This document shows positions 10,548 through 18,454 of a DNA stretch of 64,000 bases, one piece after another. Location of the stretch: IMG/VR virus record IMGVR_UViG_3300042868_011225, positions 1 through 64,000 of that record, one strand, 5' to 3'. This DNA is from a virus. The notes below the pieces were generated by a model. The model worked only from the letters and a program-made list of their open reading frames with translations, made no database searches and had not been told where the DNA came from. The first letter of the stretch is position 1. Each line of letters begins with the position of its first letter. Both the position numbers and the translations under genes were made by a program.

Positions 10548-10682
10548 GTCTTTTTTAGGAGTGCATTTTTCTTTAATAAGCTTTTCTACAAAAGCAAACA
10601 TTTTTAACCCATTTTCTTCACAATACTTTTTAAGAAGCTCATGGGTTATAGGTGTTATTTTAAGGTTTTTATCTCTTTTCAT
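10533..10682 (-). CDS. 49-aa ribbon-helix-helix DNA-binding protein (copy 2), absent from the ORF track
   Basis: Hand translation: MKRDKNLKITPITHELLKKYCEENGLKMFAFVEKLIKEKCTPKKDLYGE*. Alternating strand NLKI, helix, G-turn, helix. Confidence 0.75.
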   Translation of the reverse strand: MKRDKNLKITPITHELLKKYCEENGLKMFAFVEKLIKEKCTPKKDLYGE

Positions 10683-10696
10683 ATTCTTTTTAATTA

Positions 10697-10846
10697 TTAT
10701 TTACAATTTTCATTTATTATAGTTTCAACAAAATCAAATATTTTTAATTTGTTATCTTTACAATATTTTAGTAATATATCATGAGTTTTACTAGTGATTT
10801 TTAAATTTTTATCTTTTTTTATAAAATTAATTGATTTTTGTTCCAT
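10697..10846 (-). CDS. 49-aa ribbon-helix-helix DNA-binding protein (copy 1), absent from the ORF track
   Basis: Hand translation: MEQKSINFIKKDKNLKITSKTHDILLKYCKDNKLKIFDFVETIINENCK*. Clear paralogue of the adjacent gene. Confidence 0.7.
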   Translation of the reverse strand: MEQKSINFIKKDKNLKITSKTHDILLKYCKDNKLKIFDFVETIINENCK

Positions 10847-10892
10847 CCAACAATGCATAAATGTATGTTACCCTACTTTTAATTTCTATCAT
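10827..10892 (-). pseudogene. Possible N-terminal remnant of a GIY-YIG endonuclease
   Basis: 21-aa ORF MIEIKSRVTYIYALLDGTKIN*, immediately after a minus-strand TATTTATC motif. TYIYALxD resembles the first GIY-YIG strand. Confidence 0.3.
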
Positions 10893-10904
10893 AATGATAA
10901 ATAT

Positions 10905-10965
10905 ATACTTAAATTTCTAATATTAAATACTTAGTATGATGAAAGTATGCTTTTTTTCATACTAA
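10905..10965. promoter_or_regulatory. Array of AGTAT/ATACT subsites and a 9-bp inverted repeat; candidate RHH operator
   Basis: ATACT at 10905, 10927 and 10959; AGTAT at 10933 and 10944; inverted repeat ttagtatga(10931-10939)...tcatactaa(10957-10965). Confidence 0.45.
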
Positions 10966-11011
10966 AAGAAATTATTATTAGGTTTACATATCTCTTTTGA
11001 AAAAAACCGAA

Positions 11012-11019
11012 TATTTATA
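11012..11019 (+). promoter_or_regulatory. Putative late promoter TATTTATA for tail sheath
   Basis: Motif in the intergenic region upstream of ATG 11069. Confidence 0.55.
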
Positions 11020-11068
11020 ATAAAGAATAGAATAAAGTAAATAATAACAAAAATAAAAAACAAAGAAC

Positions 11069-13921
11069 ATGTCACAAAATGTATTCGTAAGTCCTGGTGT
11101 TTATACCTCAGAAAAAGACATTTCGTTCATCACTCGTCAAGTAGGTGTAACAACTCTTGGTCTAGTAGGTGAAACAACAATTGGACCAGCTTTCCAACCG
11201 ATTTTCATCACTAACTATGGTGAATTTCAATCATTCTTTGGTGGTTTAAATGCTACCAAGGTAAAAGATACTGGTGCCCCACAATATGAGTTACCTTATA
11301 TTGCAAAATCATATTTATCTCAAGCAAATCAATTATTTGTAACTAGAATATTAGGTTTTTCTGGTTATAAGGCTGGTTTAGCATGGGGTATTGCTTTAGA
11401 TGCGAATCTAGACCCTGCTACTAGTGGTGCTACTAGTGTTGCAACAACAGCTTCAACATTATTTAATTTCACCGCAACAACAGGAGCAAATAGTGCAATA
11501 ACTACATTAACTAGTGCTGACTCAATCCTGCAAAATCTTTGGAACAAAGATTTATTAACAACTGCATTAGGTACACTTGGTACTCAAAATACTGGTTTTA
11601 CTAGTAGTGTCCCAGTATTGATGTATAAAACTGGAAATGTATTTGTAGGTGAATCATTTACCTATAATTTGGTTAATAAAGGTACTAGTGGTGGTTTTAT
11701 TACTGGTAGAACTAGTGGTGTAACTATTACTTATTCAGGTGCTTCTTATGCTGACGTTGAGAACCAAATAGTTGGTTTATTACGTTCTAGAGGAACTGTT
11801 AACCCAGCAACTCAATTACCAGCTTTTGAGGTAACAGGTTCAACACAAGTTATTTTTGACCCAGCGTTTATTGATTCAACTGAAAACCCATTAGGTGATT
11901 TTTCATTGAGTGGTAAATCAACTCTTCAAGGTAATTTTGGATATACTGTATCTTTAGATAGTACTAAAATGAATTATTTACCTAGAGTTTTAGGTAGAGG
12001 TGCTCAAGATGGTAAAACTGCTTTATTCTTAGAAGAATTTTTCCCTAACATGTTAGCTGATGCAATGAGTATGGATAAAGTAAGAGGTCTTAAACAATAC
12101 CCAATTTACTATAATGATGATTTCCAAGAATATCGTAAAGAATTCCAACCAGCTCAAACTCCATATATTGTTTCTGAGTTACGTGGTAATAAAGTATTAA
12201 GACTTTTCAGATTTATTACAATTTCTGATGGTAATGCTGCAAATGAACAATTCAAAATGTCAATTGTAAACATTAAACCAGATGCTAAAGAATTTGATGT
12301 ATTGGTTAGAGGTTTCTATGATACAGATGCTCAACCTGTTGTTTTAGAATCATTCAGCCGTTGTACAATGGACCCAACTTCAGCTAACTTTATTGGTAGA
12401 AGAATTGGTACTCTAGATGGTTTATACTCATCAAAATCAAATTATGTACTTGTTGAATTAGATGAAGAATCTGATACAAGCGAAGCGTTCCCAGCAGGTT
12501 TTGTTGGATATCCAATTAGAGATTATCAATCAAATGCTAATACTAGTGTTGTTAATCCAGTTATGACATTCAAAACTACTTATGGTGCTTTTGAAAACAA
12601 ACGTAAATTCTATTTAGGTCTTTCTGAAACTCTAGGTATTGATTCTGATTTCTTTGATTACAAAGGTCAACCTGATAACTTATCATATAGCGAATGGACT
12701 GGTTTAACATCAGGATTCCACATGGATATGGATGCCTCAGGTGTTACTATTGATGATGTTGTATTGCCATTAGGAACTGGTGGAACTTATAACCCAATCT
12801 TTACTTTCCAAACAGGTGATGCTGAGTTTAGAACAGATGCTGGTTTAATTGGTACACCATATGAAAAAATATTTGCTCGTAAATTTACATTTGCACCTTA
12901 TGGTGGATTTGATGGATGGGATATTTATAGAACCATTAGAAGTAATTCTGATTTAGATATTATCAACGGTAAAAACGGTATTGCTGGTCTTGCTGGTGGA
13001 AGTGGTCAAGGTGCATTCAAATATAGAACACTTCCAAATGGTGATTTAGGAATCAACTCTGATTACTACGCTTATTTAGAAGCAATCAACACATTCCAAA
13101 ACCCAGAAGCGGTAAACATTAACGTATTTGCTACACCTGGTATTGATACTTTTAACAACACAAACTTGGTTGAAGCTGCAATAGAAATGGTTGAACAAGA
13201 AAGAGCAGATTCACTTTATATTGTTACAACTCCAGATTATGGAAATGGTGCTGAATTGTCTGTACAAGAAGCTGTTGACATTATGGATGGTAACTTTGAT
13301 AGTAACTACACATGTACTTATTGGCCATGGATTCAAATCAATGATGCTGAAAACAATGTATTGATTTATGTTCCACCAACAAGAGATGTTGTAAGAAACA
13401 TTGCTTTAACTGACAATATTGCATTCCCATGGTTTGCAGCTGCAGGTATCCAACGTGGGGATGTTGATGCTATCAAAGCTCGTAAAAAACTTACTCTTGC
13501 TGAAAGAGATAATTTATACGAAAATAGAATCAACCCTATCGCAACATTTACTAGTGATGGTATTAAAATTTGGGGTAACAAAACTCTTCAAGTTAAAGAA
13601 TCAGCTCTTAACCGTATTAACGTTAGAAGACTTTTATTACAAGCAAGAAAACTTATTTCTGCTGTATCTATCAGACTTCTTTTCGAACAAAACGATTCAG
13701 TTGTTAGAAACCAATTCTTAGGACTTGTTAACCCAATCTTAGATAACATTAGAAGTGAAAGAGGTCTTACAGACTTTAGAGTGGTGCTTTCAAACAGCCC
13801 AGAAGACATTGATAGAAATCAATTAACTGGACAAATATTCTTGAAACCAACACGTGCTTTAGAATTTATCCAATTAGAATTTGTAATTATGAACACAGGT
13901 GCATCTTTCTCAAATATCTAA
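11069..13921 (+). CDS. gp18: Contractile tail sheath protein (T4 gp18-like)
   Basis: N-terminal FVSPGVYTSEKD. C-terminal PWFAAAGIQRG, LYENRINPI, IWGNKTLQ, RINVRRLL and IFLKPTRALEFI motifs. Confidence 0.95.
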   Translation: MSQNVFVSPGVYTSEKDISFITRQVGVTTLGLVGETTIGPAFQPIFITNYGEFQSFFGGLNATKVKDTGAPQYELPYIAKSYLSQANQLFVTRILGFSGYKAGLAWGIALDANLDPATSGATSVATTASTLFNFTATTGANSAITTLTSADSILQNLWNKDLLTTALGTLGTQNTGFTSSVPVLMYKTGNVFVGESFTYNLVNKGTSGGFITGRTSGVTITYSGASYADVENQIVGLLRSRGTVNPATQLPAFEVTGSTQVIFDPAFIDSTENPLGDFSLSGKSTLQGNFGYTVSLDSTKMNYLPRVLGRGAQDGKTALFLEEFFPNMLADAMSMDKVRGLKQYPIYYNDDFQEYRKEFQPAQTPYIVSELRGNKVLRLFRFITISDGNAANEQFKMSIVNIKPDAKEFDVLVRGFYDTDAQPVVLESFSRCTMDPTSANFIGRRIGTLDGLYSSKSNYVLVELDEESDTSEAFPAGFVGYPIRDYQSNANTSVVNPVMTFKTTYGAFENKRKFYLGLSETLGIDSDFFDYKGQPDNLSYSEWTGLTSGFHMDMDASGVTIDDVVLPLGTGGTYNPIFTFQTGDAEFRTDAGLIGTPYEKIFARKFTFAPYGGFDGWDIYRTIRSNSDLDIINGKNGIAGLAGGSGQGAFKYRTLPNGDLGINSDYYAYLEAINTFQNPEAVNINVFATPGIDTFNNTNLVEAAIEMVEQERADSLYIVTTPDYGNGAELSVQEAVDIMDGNFDSNYTCTYWPWIQINDAENNVLIYVPPTRDVVRNIALTDNIAFPWFAAAGIQRGDVDAIKARKKLTLAERDNLYENRINPIATFTSDGIKIWGNKTLQVKESALNRINVRRLLLQARKLISAVSIRLLFEQNDSVVRNQFLGLVNPILDNIRSERGLTDFRVVLSNSPEDIDRNQLTGQIFLKPTRALEFIQLEFVIMNTGASFSNI

Positions 13922-13943
13922 CTAAAATAATAACCAAATAATT

Positions 13944-13970
13944 AAACCCTCCGAAAGAGGGTTTTTTTAT
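13944..13970 (+). terminator. Intrinsic terminator after tail sheath
   Basis: aaaccctc-cgaaa-gagggttt followed by a T-run. Confidence 0.85.
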
Positions 13971-14001
13971 TTTATATAGATATTTATACTAAAACAATAT
14001 T

Positions 14002-14415
14002 ATGGCAAAGTTAATTATTACCGAAAAACAATACAATGCAATACTTGAGCATGTTAAACAACTTAAGGTTTCTATAAACGAAGGTGATAACGCAATTACA
14101 ATCGATTTAGGCGTGCTTTTAGCTCTTGGAACTATCCTAGGGTTAAACATTACTGGTCATAATGAAATCAAAGCGGAAAAGGCTTTAAAAGACGTTAAAA
14201 CATTTGAGAGTATTGAAGAAATTTTATCTTCAGAAGATAAAATAAAAGAATTGATTAAATCTTTTGAGATTAAAGGAATGCCAGACCCAACAAAAAAATT
14301 ATCAGATGATAAAAGCAAACTAATTTCAAAATTTAATAAATTATCAAAAGAAAATGGTTTTGATGTTAAATTAGGTTCTAAGGCGTTGGTAAATCTGCAT
14401 CATTTAAAGAAATAA
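14002..14415 (+). CDS. Hypothetical late protein with N-terminal KLIITEKQY leader
   Basis: 137-aa ORF with TATTTATA at 13981-13988; leader shared with the 14753 and 20063 genes. Confidence 0.7.
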   Translation: MAKLIITEKQYNAILEHVKQLKVSINEGDNAITIDLGVLLALGTILGLNITGHNEIKAEKALKDVKTFESIEEILSSEDKIKELIKSFEIKGMPDPTKKLSDDKSKLISKFNKLSKENGFDVKLGSKALVNLHHLKK

Positions 14416-14683
14416 TAATTTCATAAATCATATGAATTATTTCTGGAATACCGTATTGTTTACGCCATTCTTCATCAGTAAGGTTTAAATTACTTATTTG
14501 ATTTGTATATATTTTATGTAATTCTTCTGGAGTAACATTTAATTCATTTCCAGCTCTTTTAAATATATGGTGAACCAAACCACAAACTTCTTCACCAGTA
14601 AAATGTGATTTCCAATCGCATTCATCTAGAATATCATCTATTAATTTATTATATTCTTCTAATAATTGTTCTTCTTTAATCAT
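14378..14683 (-). CDS. Hypothetical acidic protein on the minus strand with a host-type promoter
   Basis: 101-aa ORF with an upstream TTTG-N19-TATCTTTG; no competing plus-strand ORF over most of its length. Confidence 0.7.
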   Translation of the reverse strand: MIKEEQLLEEYNKLIDDILDECDWKSHFTGEEVCGLVHHIFKRAGNELNVTPEELHKIYTNQISNLNLTDEEWRKQYGIPEIIHMIYEIIISLNDADLPTP

Positions 14684-14700
14684 AAGGCTGGTTTTATTTG

Positions 14701-14731
14701 CAAAGATACTAACTTTTTATCAATTATCAAA
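14701..14731 (-). promoter_or_regulatory. Bacteroidota sigma-A type promoter (-33 TTTG / -7 TATCTTTG)
   Basis: Reverse complement gives TTTG (14731-14728), a 19-nt spacer, then TATCTTTG (14708-14701). Confidence 0.65.
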
Positions 14732-14752
14732 TATTTATATTAAAAAGTTATT

Positions 14753-17341
14753 ATGGCTAAAAAAATTATACTTACAGAACAACAACACACTGTTATTATT
14801 AATGAAATACTTAGAGAAACAATTAAAAAAATTGATGCTATTGAATCTAATAGTAAATTAGATGAAGGGTTTTGGGACTCTGTAAAATACGGACTTTCTA
14901 AATTAGGGAGATACAAAGCCAACGGTAAAATCTTTGGTAAAGGTAAAATTGACAAAGAAGCTGGCGAAAAAATTCAACAAATTATAAATACACAAGGTAA
15001 TGAATTAATTAAAACTCTTGACGCTAAAATCAGAGAAGAAAACCCTGAATTTCCTAATAATAAAGACCCACAACAATTCTTAACAACCGTTATTGAAATA
15101 GCAGCAACCTATGATTCTATTGTTGCCGCTACACAAAAATCAGAAAAAGAACCTGGTTACATGCCAATTGATGCCGCCAACGGTGTTATTGCTCATTTAA
15201 AAGAATATACAAAAAAATTCTTAGATACAGATTTAGCTGCTGTTTATTCTGGTTTTGATGAAAACGAAGATAAGCTAGGTAATTCTAACTTAATGAATGA
15301 AGAATACGAGCTTGATGAAGAACAATTAAAATGTATTGATGAACATTTTGGTTTAACGGAAGAAGAAGAAGAGCCTATAGATGCTAGTGATGTTAGAGCT
15401 GGATTGCAAGATAGAAGAGGTGATGGTGAGGATTTTGAAAGTACCAGAATGGATACACTTAAGTCTAACAAATTACCAATGACTTTGGCTGGTATTGGAG
15501 CTTCATTGGGTGCTTTTTCATGGTTGGTAAACACTGAATGGTTTAAAAGTTTATTTGATGTGGTGACTAAAAATCCATCTATTGAATATATAAAACAAGC
15601 AGTTCAAGAAAAAACAGAAATATTTGCGTCAATCAAACCAAATGAAGGTATGACTCAAATTATGAATAGATTAAATGGTATGAACCTTAATCCTAATTCT
15701 ACACCAGAAGATTTTATCAATGGTGTTAAACAATTGGGTGGTGGTAATGTTAATGATGGTATCAACGCTTTAACTCAACAAGGTGGTATATTTACTGACC
15801 CTGAAACTGCTAGAAAAGCTTTGACAGAGATAGTTAATAATCCTCATGGTCATGGTGATAATTTAGGTGAAATATTTCAAGGTAAATGGGCTGGTACAGG
15901 TAGGTCCTTAGGTGATTCTCTTGTAACTCAAACTGGTGGTGGTTTAAAAGGTATTGTTGTAAACACTATTATTAAAGCTGTGCCAAAATTGGTAATAAAA
16001 ACAGGTATAAAAACAGGTGCTGGTTATGCTTTAGCTAAAGGTTTTGGTGCTGTTTTAGGGCCTATAGGTATTGGTTTAGTTACAGCTGGTGTACTAGTTA
16101 AATTAATTAGAATGAAAGGTCAAAAATCATCTAGAGCCGCAACTCTTAATGCATTGTATCAATCGATGCGTGGATTAGGCGGTGGTGTAGGGTTAATTCC
16201 ACCTCCAAAGGGTGATGATGTAGCACCTGCTCCAACTGCAGATACTGGTGATATTGAATTAGATATTCCAGATAATGATACTGACGTTAATGCACGTACT
16301 GGAACACAAACAGGAAATGGTATAGGTAATATTACTGGTATGAATAAAAATACTGGTGATGGTACAGGAACAGCTACAGGTGGTAATGTTAACACTGGTG
16401 GTGGAACTGGAACATCTACAAATACAAACCCAGCTACAAATACAAACCCAGCGACAGGAACTGATACTGGTACAAATCCAGCAACAGATACAGGAAATCA
16501 AGATACCGCTAATAATGATTTATATAATGATTTAAAAAACCTATTCCAATTTATTGTTAACAATAAAAAAACTATGGGTAATGAAACACAAGTTAATACT
16601 GGAACCAATGCTGCTCCGTTAAATGAAGGTAAATTTATCAACGATGAAAAAGTTCTTCAAGTTTTAACAAAAACTTTAGGTGCTGATAAAATTAAAAATT
16701 TCGAAGATTTATTAACTAGAGTAGAATACCTTAGAAACGTACTTAAAAAGATGGCTGGAAGAACTACTGATTCAAATATAAATAATTTCTTAAAGCAATT
16801 AAATTCAAACCCAATAATGTTAACAAAATTTAGTTATCTTACTGAAGTTGACCCTAATGACCCTGAAGATATTAAACAATTATCAGAGTTTATTAACGAA
16901 GTTTTATTAGCTATATATTCTGGTAATTATAAATTTGGTAATATGGTTGATAAGATGGCTACTTTAGGTGGTGGTAATATCAATAAACTTAGTGAAGCTG
17001 CTGGATATAATGCATCTCAACCTAATGATGATTTTATTGATGATGCTAATAATATGGGAACATTTAAAAAGAACTTGGTAAATTTCTTAACAACTATTAT
17101 GGGGTTATTCCAATATTTACATAAAAGTAGAGGTGGTACTATTGCTAGACAAGATACGTCACAACAATATACACCACAACAAGCTCAACAAAAACAAGTT
17201 GCGGAACCACAAGTTCAACCAGCAGCAGCACCTAAAAAAAGAGCAACAAAACAAACACCTGCTCAGCCTTCTTTGTTTGAAACTGAAGACCAAAGATTGA
17301 TGGAAGAAATAAAAAGAATTAAAAAAATTATGTTAAGTTAG
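14753..17341 (+). CDS. Large hypothetical virion (possibly internal/ejected) protein with two Gly-rich hydrophobic segments and a Thr/Gly/Asn-rich linker
   Basis: 862 aa; leader KKIILTEQQH; hydrophobic LAGIGASLGAFSWLV and GAVLGPIGIGLVTAGVLV; TATTTATA at 14732-14739. Confidence 0.7.
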   Translation: MAKKIILTEQQHTVIINEILRETIKKIDAIESNSKLDEGFWDSVKYGLSKLGRYKANGKIFGKGKIDKEAGEKIQQIINTQGNELIKTLDAKIREENPEFPNNKDPQQFLTTVIEIAATYDSIVAATQKSEKEPGYMPIDAANGVIAHLKEYTKKFLDTDLAAVYSGFDENEDKLGNSNLMNEEYELDEEQLKCIDEHFGLTEEEEEPIDASDVRAGLQDRRGDGEDFESTRMDTLKSNKLPMTLAGIGASLGAFSWLVNTEWFKSLFDVVTKNPSIEYIKQAVQEKTEIFASIKPNEGMTQIMNRLNGMNLNPNSTPEDFINGVKQLGGGNVNDGINALTQQGGIFTDPETARKALTEIVNNPHGHGDNLGEIFQGKWAGTGRSLGDSLVTQTGGGLKGIVVNTIIKAVPKLVIKTGIKTGAGYALAKGFGAVLGPIGIGLVTAGVLVKLIRMKGQKSSRAATLNALYQSMRGLGGGVGLIPPPKGDDVAPAPTADTGDIELDIPDNDTDVNARTGTQTGNGIGNITGMNKNTGDGTGTATGGNVNTGGGTGTSTNTNPATNTNPATGTDTGTNPATDTGNQDTANNDLYNDLKNLFQFIVNNKKTMGNETQVNTGTNAAPLNEGKFINDEKVLQVLTKTLGADKIKNFEDLLTRVEYLRNVLKKMAGRTTDSNINNFLKQLNSNPIMLTKFSYLTEVDPNDPEDIKQLSEFINEVLLAIYSGNYKFGNMVDKMATLGGGNINKLSEAAGYNASQPNDDFIDDANNMGTFKKNLVNFLTTIMGLFQYLHKSRGGTIARQDTSQQYTPQQAQQKQVAEPQVQPAAAPKKRATKQTPAQPSLFETEDQRLMEEIKRIKKIMLS
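16421..16490 (+). repeat. 18-nt coding tandem repeat (NTNPAT)
   Basis: aatacaaacccagc(t/g)aca twice, plus a degenerate copy. Confidence 0.7.
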
Positions 17342-17405
17342 AATAAAAAATAAAAACAACATATTTATAAATAAATAATAATAATACACTTAAAACAAAA
17401 AGAAC

Positions 17406-17894
17406 ATGGCTGATTTATTAATGAAAATGCCCTTACCATACGAACCTAAGAAAAAGAATCGTTGGTTAATTACATTCCCTGCCGATTTAGGTATCCAACA
17501 ATGGTGGTTATCTACAGCGTCTAGACCTTCAATTACTCAAAACGAGGTTGAAATTCAATTCCTTAATACATCTACATGGGTTTTAGGTAGATTTACATGG
17601 GAATCAATTGATGTTACATTCCGTGACCCAATCGGGCCATCTGCTACACAAGCAATTATGGAATGGGTACGTTTACACTCTGAATCTATTACAGGTCGTC
17701 AAGGTTATGCTGCTGGTTACAAACGTCCAGTAGAACTTGAAATGCTTGACCCAACTGGGGTAGTTATCGAAAAATGGTTGTTAGACGGAACAATGCTTAC
17801 TAACGTAGGTTTTGGTGATTTAGCAATGGATGACGATAGTATCGCTGAAGTTACTGCAACACTTAGATTTGACAGAGCAATCTTACTTTTCTAA
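17406..17894 (+). CDS. gp19: Tail tube protein (T4 gp19-like)
   Basis: 162 aa; EPKKKNRW, RPSI, WESIDVTFRDPI, LEMLDPTGVVIEKWLL; downstream of the sheath; TATTTATA at 17362. Confidence 0.9.
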   Translation: MADLLMKMPLPYEPKKKNRWLITFPADLGIQQWWLSTASRPSITQNEVEIQFLNTSTWVLGRFTWESIDVTFRDPIGPSATQAIMEWVRLHSESITGRQGYAAGYKRPVELEMLDPTGVVIEKWLLDGTMLTNVGFGDLAMDDDSIAEVTATLRFDRAILLF

Positions 17895-17915
17895 TTCATA
17901 ACGAAAATAAATATC

Positions 17916-17942
17916 AAAACCATCTTTATAGGTGGTTTTTTT
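17916..17942 (+). terminator. Intrinsic terminator after tail tube
   Basis: aaaaccatct-ttat-aggtggtttt followed by a T-run. Confidence 0.8.
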
Positions 17943-17976
17943 ATTTTATATTTATATTTATAATAAACTTAAAACA

Positions 17977-18330
17977 ATGAGAAAAATAGATAGAAAATTA
18001 AATCTACAAAAAGTTAATGTGTTGACTGAACAAAGATACTTACAATTAAAAGGACTTATTAAAGAAAATTTTGAATCAGTTAGAATAGTGGATAAAAATG
18101 ATTTTGATAAATTTATTAAATCAAACCCAGCGTTAGGTACTATATATGATGAGGATACCAATAAATTTAAAATATATTTATATGCTGATTTAGTTGGTTA
18201 TTTTGACCCAAAATACGGTAGAATAGATTATCAGAAAGATAGTAGATTTGCTAAAGTTAGTGATGAATACACATGGGATAGAAATTTCAATGAAGATATG
18301 GACAAAGCTTACGGTCACGGACCATATTAA
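17977..18330 (+). CDS. Hypothetical protein; start revised to ATG 17977
   Basis: The track start (GTG 17932) lies inside the terminator. TATTTATA at 17949/17955 precedes ATG 17977 (MRKIDRK...LTEQRY). Confidence 0.65.
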   Translation: MRKIDRKLNLQKVNVLTEQRYLQLKGLIKENFESVRIVDKNDFDKFIKSNPALGTIYDEDTNKFKIYLYADLVGYFDPKYGRIDYQKDSRFAKVSDEYTWDRNFNEDMDKAYGHGPY

Positions 18331-18333
18331 AAT

Positions 18334-18365
18334 AAAAAAACCATTTAGAAATAGATGGTTTTTTT
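18334..18365 (+). terminator. Intrinsic terminator
   Basis: aaaaaaaccattta-gaaa-tagatggttttttt. Confidence 0.8.
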
Positions 18366-18454
18366 ATTTATAACAATACCATTTACAAAAAAACTTAAAT
18401 TACTATATTTATTTCTAAATAGTTATAATTAAATACAAAAATAAGTTTTAAAAA

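Noticed and set aside
14725-14737. IHF-like site TATCAAATATTTA (WATCAANNNNTTR) in the divergent promoter
   Set aside because: Expected by chance in such AT-rich DNA, and already explained by the overlapping promoter elements.
17932-17976. Track start for the 132-aa ORF at GTG 17932
   Set aside because: It lies inside the terminator hairpin and upstream of the promoter motif. ATG 17977 is more plausible.
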